NCBI RefSeq assembly: GCF_018350175.1
Contig: NC_058368.1
Span: 181,042,001-181,106,000, forward strand
Direction of reading: 5' to 3'
DNA from: Felis catus
Lineage: Eukaryota
DNA: 64,000 bases
Made by a program: the position numbers and the translations under genes. Positions 24,662-36,400 of the stretch are shown here, one piece after another; position 1 is the stretch's first letter; each line of letters opens with the position of its first letter. A model generated the notes under the pieces. The model did no database searches. It saw only the letters and a list, made by a program, of their open reading frames with translations, and was not told the origin of the DNA.

Positions 24662-25529
24662 ACATTGTTCCAAAAGTTTAACTACTACCAAACAGATAAC
24701 TCTGCCCACGCTTTAAAATGAGTAACTAGCTGGGGATTCAGACATGTCCCATTGGTTACAATAGAAAGGGAAAAAATGTTCTGTTAGCATTTTGTGTAAA
24801 CTTATGACCACATTTAATCACCCAAAGTGTACCTTCACTGACTACCAGATGTGTCATTAACCATTTCTGAAAAAAGTGAAATAAAATCACCCAGCATGAG
24901 AATGCTGTGGAATAAGTCAATACTAACAGATGGTGTTTATTTTGTCACTGCTTGTGTTAAAAAAATTACCACCTAGTTCCATCAAATCCATTTCTTTAAG
25001 GTGGAAGCTTTATGTAAAAACTGCTACAGAAAATGCAGTATTTTATCAGCTGTCATTGAGTTCCTTAAAATATGAGCACTTGTTTTCATGGTTTTCAGTT
25101 TTCTAGGACATGGTGCAATACGCAGGAGATGGGTTTGTATAAATCTGACACGATGGAGTATTTTGCCAGCAGCTCTGTCTTGCAACATGCAATCTGTTTT
25201 GTTTTTCAAACAAAGTTGGGACATGAGTCAGTTGGAACACAAGTGTTTCCAGGATCAAGATAGAAATTCCTCAATTAAACAACCTTCTGCAGTGTGATAT
25301 AGTCTACATAACCAACAAAAGGGGACCATTTAAATACATTATCCCATGCTCATTTTAGACAGAGTCACAAGGAGAATCATGAAAAATGAGGAGTTAGAAG
25401 ACTATGTAACAACAAGGAAAGTTCACAAACCATCAAGTGAAAAAAATCATCGTACAATAAGTAAAATATGATGCCATTTTTCTTTCAAAATACATACAGT
25501 AAGAAGTAGTCCAACAGGGTGGCTAGGAG

Positions 25530-25750
25530 AGGTAATACTGAGCCAGGCTGTGTGAGTGTAAATCCGGGCTCTGCCCCTCTCTCTCGCTACCTTTATAACC
25601 TTGCTGAAGTCACTTGACCTGTCTCTATCCCAGGTTCTCCACGCATCAAGGGTGATAATAAGAGTGTCCATATTTCATGGGGCTCTTTAGAAGATTAAAT
25701 GTAAAATTTTTTAAAGTGCCCAGCACAGCATGTCATACAAATATTATTGT
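25530..25750 (+). mobile_element. MIR
   Basis: gagccaggctgtgtgagtgtaaatccgggctctgcc...aagtcacttgacct...gaagattaaatg...aagtgcccagcacag. Confidence 0.8.
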
Positions 25751-27544
25751 TATTATTTTAATTTTTACTACATATAATTGTAGAGAAAGTCTTGGAAGCA
25801 TATTTCACAATGTTGATAGGGACTCTTGCTAAACAACAAGATTGCAGGTGATTTTCAAGTTTTTTTTTTTTTTTTTTTTTGTCTTGGCTTATTTGTTTAA
25901 TCTAATGTTTTGTCACACATCCCAAGATATACCATTTGGAAAGGAAAGGAGAGAAAGGGAGAAGAAGGAGGAAAATTCTCACATGTTTTTGCCCTACCAA
26001 ATTCTGCTATTATAAAAAGTGTGTAATTGGCTAAAGTGGTTTATTTTTTTTTAAGTCTTAAACTCAAAGTACCTTGATCACTTAGAATTTCTCTTTAAAT
26101 ACCTTAACTGAAACTTCGGTGAACTCTCAACCTCAGTGCTAGCACACTTAGTAAACAAAATCACATATCAGTCAATGCGATGATGGAACAAAATAAAAAA
26201 ACACTAGGTAAACAGAGAGAGTGTGCTTCCCTGATAATAAGTTGGAGGATCAGTGTACTCCCTTGCCGATGCTTCCATTTCACCCTTCCCCACTTTATAA
26301 TGGCAGCTGAGCCTTCTCATTTTCTTTCAGAAAACAGTGGTCTCTGTAGCCTTTCTGCATATGTACTGACAATTATACTGAATGAACATATTGGTTATAT
26401 ATGTATATATGCTCTAAATAAGTAAATACAATTAAATGTTACATACGTGCCATTTGATTTAAAACAGCAGACTTAAAGAAATCAAACTTTGTTTCTTGGT
26501 ACCCTGTAGTACACCTGAGTCAATTGGCTCTGAGGTTAGCAGAGAACACATCACTAAAGCTCAATAGCAAAGTAGCAAATGAAAAAATTAAAGCTGAGAT
26601 ACCACTACCGCCATGCTCTAGGTATCCTTTTTGTTACATGTGTCTGACGACATGTTCTAAGACATTTGACAACAGATTTTTCAACAAGTAGGAATCTGGT
26701 GATGAGACTGGGAGTGTTCTGGAATCTGGCTTTGTCTCTTTCCTCAGAATTTCAACAGGTCTTTGGCAAATGGGAAGTGGGGCTTCTAAGCTGAGAGATC
26801 TCTCATGTACCAACAGGTCTTAAGCTTCACTTGTTAAGGTTTAATATCTAAGTTAATGTCTAATATCTTTAATATCTAATATCTTTAATATATAATGTAC
26901 CAGTTCCTTTTAATGGCTCCAGAGTTCCAGCAAAGTTAAGTGATGGACAAATTGTACTTTTTTCTTAATCTTAATAGTTAGGTTGTCCTTCAAGAAAATT
27001 CCAGAACACATCTCTGAACATCACCTCATTCCATGAGATTGGCCCTTGTGATACTGAATGAAGTTACCATAGAAACTCATCAAGTCCCACTTATGCCAAG
27101 ACTTGCCTCCCTTTTCTACTCTGTAAACACGTTTCCATTTTTAAAGCCCTCGCTCAATCAAAGTGACTGCTGTACAGAACTACCTGGAGAAAATAGGCCC
27201 TCCACATAAACATGCAGCAACCTTTGGGCTATGATGCCTGAGAGGAAATAAATCTTAACAAATGTGCTACAGCTCCTTTAAACACTTAAGTCATAAAGAC
27301 ATGCATCATTATTCACCCAAGATAGCAGACTTTTCCATCTCTAATCTAAAACATTAAGGATAAGAAAAGTCAGAGGCTCTACATAAAACCTGTTTTTTTT
27401 TTGGCTATTAAAGCATGAAGTTGCATTGCTTAGGCATTTAATAAGGAGTTGCCCTACACTTCTCACATGCATATACTCAATGTGTCCTTATAAAGATATC
27501 GTTTGTCATGGGATGGATAAGTGGACTGTGGCAAATAGTAGTAA

Positions 27545-27790
27545 GTGATCAATAAATTCCAAGTCTTATTATGAGTCAGGAACTATTCTAAATGCTTTAA
27601 TGCATTATCTTGTTTAATCTTTACATCAATTGTATGAGAAACATAGATTTATTATTCCCATTTTATAGATGAGGAAATTTGATGCTAAAAGGTGGAAAGT
27701 GACTTGCTCAAGGTAATACTACTACTGATGGTCATGCTAGATTAGAACTCAGGTTATCGCATTCCACCAGCTGATATTATCTGGTTCTAC
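27545..27790 (-). mobile_element. MIR
   Basis: attattcccattttatagatgaggaaa...aagtgacttgctcaaggt...attagaactcagg. Confidence 0.85.
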
Positions 27791-28337
27791 AAGTGGGTTA
27801 ACCAATCATAACACTCTGTTGAAAATCCTAATGGGTGCTCTTATCCAGCTGTTGTGTTCCATTCCCTCTATAACCCTTAGCCATTTTTAGAAAGGCAAAT
27901 GTACCCTGTAGTTAGCAACAGGGACACAGCTTTTTCGTTTTTTGATCACCTATCACAGACTACTGTGTACCTATCTGTCATGAATTACCTGAACTATATG
28001 TTGTTTAGATGATGTTTAGAATTAAAACGTTTTGAAGATTTCAATTTAAAAAGGCTTTTGTGTTTTCACAATACTTTTGTAAGCTCTGGGACCAGGTAGA
28101 AGCTCATAAGTAGAAGGTAGGAACGAAAATTCTCTGAAAAAGAATTACCAACGTATCAATGAACTGGCAGTACCAACCACTGAGATATTGAAAATGCATT
28201 TCCTCCCAACAGTACTTAAAAGATCATCTCAGGGGTTCCCTAGGAAAAAGAAAATTAGAGAGGGGAAAAAAGAGTGAGAGGGAGAGAATATTGCTTGCTT
28301 GATTGATTCAAGGTGGAATGTAAAAACCCAGACTTAC

Positions 28338-28348
28338 ATGTACTTGAG
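28338..28348 (-). other. Candidate 11-nt microexon CTCAAGTACAT
   Basis: Minus strand: ...tctgttcctctgttttcatag|CTCAAGTACAT|gtaagtct. Confidence 0.25.
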
Positions 28349-28699
28349 CTATGAAAACAGAGGAACAGACTTTATGTTGGCATTGCAGATTTGGGGTATG
28401 TGGACACAAAAAGAAGAGATAACTTTTTATCTTCACAGATGGCTTCATTTTTTTTCTTATTAAACCATACATTTGAGTCACTTTTAAAAAAATACAATTA
28501 TATTCTACAGTACAAACATTCCACAATTCCCTTTTAAAGTTGGCTTTGGAAACTGCAAAGTTGGACAGTAATGAAAGGGAAGGTGTAACTATCGATGACC
28601 AGCAAATCCACCTGAGGTTTCCATGAGTTTTGTTTTAAAATATGAGCCCAGGATGGAAACCACCAAGATAGCACTGAGTACTAGTTGAGAGCTAATGAT

Positions 28700-28915
28700 A
28701 CAGATTTCAGAAGATCTGATCTGGGTTGCAATTTGACCTCTCTACTCACAAACCATGTATTCCTGAGCCAGAGGCTCCTGTCTACATGTCTCAGTTTATC
28801 TCATCCATACAATGGTGATATTAATGAAATCTGGACATTTATTAACAGAACTTTCATGAATTAACTGAGATAATGTATGTGAGAGTGGTTCAGTATAACA
28901 GGTGTTCAATTAAGA
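28700..28915 (+). mobile_element. MIR
   Basis: tctgggttgcaa...tgtctcagtttatctcatc...aatggtgatattaat...aactgagataatgtatgtgagag. Confidence 0.7.
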
Positions 28916-31388
28916 TGCGTCTTCTTATGACAGTTACAATAACTATTACTAATCTTATGATTAATGGGAAAAGGACTTTCGGTGATCAAAAGAAATAATC
29001 CAATCTTCCTACAACAGCACATAGCACGCTTTATTCTTACAATGAAATATTTTAACTACATTCTTCCATTGGTTCCCACCTTGCAAGAGAAGAAGAATAG
29101 ACAAGAGTATTTGTGTTGAGGAATATTTTCTTAAATATTACTCAAGCTCTGACAGTACAAGATTTCATTTGTTGAAGACTCATTCTCTCAGCTTCACCAT
29201 TTATACTATGAGTGAAATGTGTGTGCCATTATTCTTGATAATTCTTGATGCAATTTTGATGCTGAAGGTACAGGGAATGAGCTAGGAGTTTTCTGAATGC
29301 AAAAGCTTTCTATTCTGTGCCAATACCTAGCTGATGGCTCTGCATGTGCATACCCACACAAGACTCAACAGCCAGGTAGCTCATTTGGAAATACCATCAA
29401 CTAACTGGGACAGGTAGCCAAGGGTGAGGCCATCTGTCTCATGGAGAAGAATCCATTGTGTGCTAAAGACTTCATCAGAGAGGCTTGAGTATGTACTTTG
29501 CGCTTTTCCTCATCAAAATAAATTTGAGTGTTGGTCAGGATCATTTTACTAAATTATGACTGCAGAATATGAGCTGGCATTGTTGATCTCCTTGACAGCT
29601 GCAGAGGACCCTCTGGTTTGCCTCACCGCCACATCCACACAGTGTGTGATGTGTCCTTTTCAAAGCTTGGGAAGACACAGTCAGACACAATGGTGACCCA
29701 GCCACCCAAAAGGAATTTCTGTTATCCAAGTACTACATGCATTTGCAATTTAAAATTACTTCCAATTACATTAGAATCATCATAAATAAGAGTACAATGT
29801 GGTAAAGAGTGAAGTTGGCAGGCCATTCATAGATTGATTGTTATTAAAATCAGCATTATTATGATTCCATCAATTATTTCTACACTTTGGAACATTTTGT
29901 TTTCTTCTAGACCTCTTTACATGCTTTTGTGACTTTCATTACAATGTCAGGTGCCCCTTTCAAAGGAACATAAATTTCATGTCTGACAAATATGGTTTTC
30001 CCTATCTCAGGAAACCATTCTATTTTGGGGCATGGAGAAAATGACAATGTTATTCCTAATGCTGGTTGTGTTTACTTCCTCACACGTACCTATTTATCAG
30101 CAGCTTTTGGGACTCCATTACAGTCAACCAGATATTTATATAACAACAACAACACACTCTAGTTTTTAATGATGAACATATGGGCATTGTTCTACTTCAC
30201 ATGAACAGTGTTCTTCTAAGAGATTAGTCACATTTGTGCAGCCAGGAAGTCAGATAATATCATAGTAACCATCTTTCCTTTGAGCAACGAGGACATAGTA
30301 GTATAAAAATGGCAGCCAAGGCAATGTCTATTTTCTTGACTTTTGTATCTATGATGCTTAGTAAGAGAGATATGGTTCTGCCTGCCACAAAGTACTGGCA
30401 GAGATGGGCAATAAATATTCAACCAGACAAATATACACAATTAATACAGATTATGATAACTGCTGTGAAAGAAATAAGTGTAGTTGCTACTATTATTATC
30501 CATTAGTACACAACACTGTACTAACAAACATCCAACACATTAAAAAGATGCCATGTATTTCAACAGCAATAGGGATATATATATCCCTATATCATTCAGT
30601 TGAAAGGTTTCATTGGGAAAAAGTAGGTATTATTTTCTTTCTCCTTTGTTATTTAGTTGTGTATCTATAATAAAACAACAAAGGGTAACCATGGTAAATT
30701 TATTCTCTCCAAAGTAAGCTATGAACAAAGAATCTGATTATATTTTATCAAGTGTCTAAGATCATGAGTCTTACTGTTATGTCCAAGGTCCCCAACTTGT
30801 CTAACACTTCCACACATACTTTGCCTAAAGGGCTATAGGCATCACTTATCTCTCCATCACTGAGTCCTAGAATTAGTGCTCCCATTCCAGAGAGAGTTCT
30901 CACACTGAAAGAGAATTACATAGCTGCTGCTGATCTCCATGCTAGGTCAAGACCTGTGTGTATAGATATAAATGGTCAATAAAGAATCACCATATATACG
31001 GAACATCAACATTATGAAGCAAGAGAAATGCCTATCTCAAAGGAAAGAGTTTGCCAAAATCGAACACAAGTTCTCAAAATTATTTATAATTATTAACCAT
31101 AGAGAAGTGAAAAAGGATATTGTGCCCATAACAACAGGTTTTTATGAAAAAGCATTCTCTCTTTGTGTGTATGCTCTTTCTCTCTCAACATGGACAGCAC
31201 ACACACATACCCACGCACACCCCTCCCTAAGATAAGGTTTGCACTCCAGAATGGCAGTAAGGACAAAGCTAAAAAGTAAATGAGTGATTTGTAAGTAAAG
31301 CCTAGGAAATCGTCTAGACATAATTCAAAATTGAAAGAGTTGAACATATCTCTTCTTTATCTTGGCCAGTTTTGATGAGGATGTCAAT

Positions 31389-31881
31389 GCTGGCTTTCCT
31401 GCTGTTCAAAAGTTGAGCATTCCTATGTAGACTTTCATACGTCAAAATGGCGTAATGAAGCAGTTACCACTAATTTACATGGCAAAATTTTTGAGCATTC
31501 CCAGACCCCCAAATTACCTCTCTGAGGCTCTTCTGATACCTTAGGACACATCTTGCTAACGGATGCACAAAATTAAAGCACAGATGCTCACAGACACGGT
31601 TCAAAGCTGTGGCAGCTTGATGCTGAGATGCTGAGTATAATTTTGGGGGAAGGAGTTTGGCAGCACCACTGTGGCTGCTCAGGATTCCTGTTGCCTCTAT
31701 AATGACTTACTGAAAAACAAACATTGAACCCTATTTTCATTTCTTCCTTTTTTTTGTGTGTGTGTGTAAAAGTGAAAATCCTCTTTGGATTTCTTTTTGT
31801 TAGCAAAAACAAATACTAAAGTAGGTCTTTTGTAAAAGCAAAGAGGCATAATGCAAACTTTCAAAAAGGCAAGGATACCTA
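31389..31881. mobile_element. TcMar-Tigger-type MITE (Tigger5/MER47-like; subfamily uncertain)
   Basis: tcaaaagttgagcattcctatg...ttctgataccttaggacacatcttgctaacggatgcacaaaa...gtaggtcttttgtaaaagc; degenerate inverted ends. Confidence 0.7.
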
Positions 31882-31884
31882 TAT

Positions 31885-32308
31885 TCCTACATCACTGGCA
31901 GTAGAATCCAATAACACATTTTTTGAGGGCAATTTGACTATATATATGCACACATATAAATATACAAATATATCTTTTGATCTAGTGAGTTTCATTCTAG
32001 ACATTTGTCCTATAGGAATTAAGCATTGACATAAAGATGTTCATTTCAGCATTGTTTATATTGGTGAATAAAATAGATACAATTACAAATGCCCATTAGT
32101 AGGGGAATAAATTCATTGTGTTTCCATCTGTGGATAAGCTGCACCTGTTAAAGGAAATAAGCTAGGGAATATTTCCTAAATGGAAAGATATTCATGGATA
32201 TGTTATTAGAAAAAAGAAAGTTTCCAAAATCTATGTAATGTATAATCACCTTTTAATAAAGAAGAAAAGAAGAAAAACAAACTCTGTGTGTGTATGTGCG
32301 TGTGTGTA

Positions 32309-32355
<47 letters not shown>

Positions 32356-32400
32356 CCTAGAAAAGTTCTAAAATAATTCAAACAATACTATTAGAAGTAT
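31885..32400 (+). mobile_element. Old L1 (L1ME-like) 3' region containing a (TG)n tract
   Basis: ttttgagggcaatttgacta...aagatgttcatttcagcattgtttat...aaatgcccattagtagggga. Confidence 0.7.
32285..32351. repeat. Compound (TG)n microsatellite
   Basis: TG run with tgta/tgcg interruptions. Confidence 0.97.
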
Positions 32401-32569
32401 AATTTGGACTTTGGGTTTAGGGAGCTTACCCAGCAATTCATAAGTGTGTATAATTATAGGGTAAAAACCTCTGGATTCTAAGTTTAGCTTCACTATTGTT
32501 TTAAAATATAAAAATAGAAAATTGAATTTTAAAAAATAATTACATAGTTAGCAACTTAAATCACAACTT

Positions 32570-32809
32570 TGTGTTTTGTTTTGTTTCTGTTTTTGTTTTT
32601 TGTTTTTCATTTTAATTCCAGTGTAGATAGCATATGGTGTTCTATTACTTTAAAGTGTACAATACAGTGATTCAACAATTCTATACATTACTCAGTGTTC
32701 ATCACAAGTATACTCCTTAATCCTCATCACATATTTCATCCATCCCCCCATCCAACTCCTCCATCCATCTCCTCTCTGGTAACCATCAGTTTGTTCTCTA
32801 CAGTTAAGA
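32570..32809 (-). mobile_element. Carnivore L1 (L1_Carn-type) 3' end, 5'-truncated
   Basis: gtgtacaatacagtgattcaacaattctatacattactcagtg...ctctggtaaccatcagtttgttctctacagttaaga; TSD aaatcacaactt / aaagcacaactt. Confidence 0.88.
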
Positions 32810-33299
32810 TTCAGAAAGCACAACTTCTTTTGGTTGCAATTTTAGTGAAAGTTTTCTAGAGGTATGAACATAATAACAACATTATTCCAAGACAGTTTAC
32901 AACATAGAACCAATTAAGATTTATTCCTGAATGTGTGCCAAGCACCTAAAATGTGTCAAGCACTGAGTTCAGTTCTAGATTTATTAAAAACTGCCTGTAA
33001 AAGACTCATGGTTTTACCGGGGATAGAGCAAAATAAGTCACTGTAATTCAGAATGACAGGGGTATATGCTAGATGCAAACTTGGATCTCAAAGTCCTGCC
33101 ACTTCTGCCTACTAAGCATTACCCCACCTGTCTGGTGCTGTGTGTCCCCAGGCTTTCCTGCACCCACAGCATCTTAACTAGTTCCCTCCTATGCTCTGGT
33201 TTTCCCCACTGTGGGGAAATCTCTTTCTTGGTCCTTAACACAGCATCTGAACTGTAACTCACAGGCCCTTCTGGTATCTTGGTCTCCCATGGTCCTCCC

Positions 33300-33885
33300 A
33301 CTTCATTTCTACCCTCCTCCTTCTTGCCTTTCAAATTACCACTCCCTCATTTGTCCCAAATCTTGTAACTCCTCTTTGCCTGGGAACCTCTTCCCCAACT
33401 CTTTGGCTGACTTTCTACTTATCCTTTAGATTTACTCCTTTTATAATTTTTTTCAGGGAGTTTTTATTTTAACCCACTAGGGTCCCCCATATGTTTTTTC
33501 TTTAAAAATTTTTTAATGCTTATTTATTTTTGAGAGGCAGAGAGAGACAGAGCATGAGCGGGGAAGGGACAGAGAGAGACACACAGACACAGAATCTGCA
33601 GCAGGCTCCAGGCTCTGAACTGTCAGCACAGAGCCCAACATGTGGCTCGAACCCACAAACCATGAGATTATGACCTGGGCTGAAGTCGGATGCTTAACTG
33701 CCTGAGCCACCCAGGTGCCTGATATATTTTTTTCTTAAAAGCTATTTGTTCTTGTTTTCTCTATAAATCTGCAAGCCATAGAAAGACAGGAATCATTTCT
33801 TTCTTTATCACCATCCCCAGTGCCAAGTACTGTACCCAGCGTAAAACAGGTTCAACATTGGCTGAAAGAATGGAGTGATTAATTA
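33300..33885 (+). mobile_element. L2 3' portion interrupted by a SINE
   Basis: tttgcctgggaacctcttcccc...; aagacaggaatcat...atccccagtgccaagtactgtacccagc...tggctgaaagaatg. Confidence 0.65.
33503..33720 (-). mobile_element. Can-SINE (SINEC_Fc2-like)
   Basis: ttatttatttttgagag...agtcggatgcttaactgcctgagccacccaggtgcc; similar atat.ttttttctt flanks. Confidence 0.95.
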
Positions 33886-34542
33886 AATTATTAGGCTGGA
33901 AACCCTATGGGAGCACTAAGAAGGAAAGTCCACTGGAGCCTGGAGGATACTTTCTCTAAAGCCTGTGTCTTGAAGAATGACAAGGAGAAGACAAGGAGAT
34001 GCACAGACAGACTTCTGATATTTAACCAGGTGGATATAAAATCTGTGTTCTCTTAAAAATAAAGAATATCTTGGCCAACGAAAAGAGCTAACTTTTAAAA
34101 GAGCTGCTACCATGATGATACATAAGCCGTAAATGCTATTTATTCCATAAAAGATTCCAGCCAACCCTAGGTGACCACTGCAAAAAAGGTTTGGCTTTCC
34201 CTTTTCTGCATGTGGAGACAGAGACTACACTTCAGACTCGTCATCCAGATGATCAAATTATTTCTGCAGAATATTGACCTAGAACAAAAATCTAAGATGC
34301 TTACAATGTTATAGGGTATCAATTTCTAATAACCCATTTCAGGAAAACAGCCTAAGAAATTAGTTTCTAAGATTTCCCTATTAAATTAACCTTCCTAAAA
34401 CAAAATCTTACATTTAGCATCAATAAATTTGGTTAAGAGTTGAATTATGAATACAATACATTGAAATTAATCGTCATTATATAATCCCTTAAATAAGTCT
34501 AATCACTCCTAATCTAAACTGCATAAAAATAATGTACATATT

Positions 34543-34768
34543 GGGGCGCCTGGGTGGTGCAGTCGGTTAAGCGTCCGACTTCAGCCAGGTCACGATCTCG
34601 CGGTCCGTGAGTTCGAGCCCCGCGTCGGGCTCTGGGCTGATGGCTCAGAGCCTGGAGCCTGTTTCCGATTCTGTGTCTCCCTCTCTCTCTGCCCCTTGCC
34701 CGTTCATGCTCTGTCTCTCTCTGTCCCAAAAATAAATAAACGTTGAAAAAAAATTAAAAAAAAATTAA
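34543..34768 (+). mobile_element. Very young felid SINE (SINEC_Fc)
   Basis: Most CpGs intact; perfect 18-bp TSD aaaaataatgtacatatt. Confidence 0.98.
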
Positions 34769-35949
34769 AAAAATAATGTACATATTTGCAAAAGAAGCGT
34801 ATTTATAGTGCTTGCTGATAACATATACATTCATGGCTGGATTCCTGAATTGAAAAAATGCTTTTATTTTAACAGCCAGAGCTTTGAAATCTAATGAATT
34901 ACCTATTTTATTTTTATCACTTGAATTTCACCATATGAATGTGGAAAAATAAGTATCTTATGCAATACAGTTTAACATATTATTAATACTATTTTTTTCC
35001 TAGGTAGATCTTGAAGACTGTATAAGTAGATGATAACACGGTAAATCATATTTTAAACTTAGAGAGAAGTCAGAAAGGCTATAGGAAATAGTCCTGTGGC
35101 AGCTGATATGAAATTATAGGTACTTCATCAAAACCCAGCCAGCCACAGCTACCTCATAACTCATGCTTAGAGCTTCATAATGTGATTAGGTTTTCAAGAG
35201 GGTGCATTTGTGTTTTGGTTTTCTTTTAATCACTTTATGTTCAGCTTGGCTTCCAACTGACTACTGATTGACTACAGTCATCATGGCGAGAATAAAGAGA
35301 TTGTCAACTTTGCTGAAGAAAAGTTATTAAATTTTAGTTTTCCTAAAGGGAAACATTCCCTGCAACAGTAATTGAAAAAAATAAAATCTTTATTGACATT
35401 CTTTGAGGGAAAATACAATATTCAACATTTAGGCTGAAGCTAGATAGGTAAAGGAAATACAGATTTGAAGCAATTATACAGACAAAGTCAGGCAAGAAAA
35501 TTGGCTGCAAGAGAAGGTGTCTTGTCTGCTGTTATCCTGTTCTGATTGGCAGCAAGGGTTTCTACTTTTTTTAACTTTCACTTAGTCACTCACATACTCA
35601 CTCCACAGATATTTAAGGAATGTTAAAAATATGAGTCACCTTTTCCCTCAAATGAGATGCAGGCTAATGGGTGGAGGGTGTGGAACCAAAGATTACTAAA
35701 CAAATAAGTGGACTTCAAGGGGGCAAGTGCTATAACAGGAATACAGACTATGGGAACACAGAGGAAAGAAAAGAATGACACTGAATGTAGAATCTTCTTG
35801 TTAGCTATTTTTACCAATCTCCAGATACTACACTATTGCCATTGAAGTGGAAAAGGCTCTTCATTGAGTATTTAGGAATCTTTTTCTTATAGCTTATTTT
35901 GAGAGGCAGGACTTATCTGCTGTATGGGATAACAATAAATGTTTCATAT

Positions 35950-36400
35950 CTGGCTTTTAAAATCAAATACTTTTACCTGATTAAAAATATAACACATGTT
36001 CCTTATAGAGAATTTAGAAAATACAAAAAAAATTACAAAGATGAAAGAAATAGAGAATTCATCAGTAATGACACTGTTTTAAGATGGTCATAATTTTATT
36101 TCATATATTTCTAATCTTTTTGTGTGTGTGTGTATATGTGTTTCAGTTATATGTGTGTAATGAAAGTTATTCTTGCCCGTGACATGAACAGCCCTAAACA
36201 GACTATTTTGTAGTCTGACATTTTAAATTTTATAACATATTGCAAATACCATTCTATATTTTAAATGTTGTTCTACATCATAATTTTAAGAGTCACATAT
36301 TATTTTTATTGCATTAGTACATCAATTTATTGAACCAATTGCCTACTGATGAACATACAGACTATTTCCTGTCCTACATTATAAAAGATGTAATAGTTTA
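35950..36400 (-). mobile_element. Old L1 (L1ME-like) 3' end
   Basis: aacacatgttccttatagagaatttagaaaatac...atttattgaaccaattgcctactgatgaacat. Confidence 0.55.

Noticed and set aside
19184..34729. Identical peptide GQRETEHERARGRERGRHRIGNRLQALSHQPRA in two ORFs
   Set aside because: Antisense translation of two young SINE copies, not a gene duplication.
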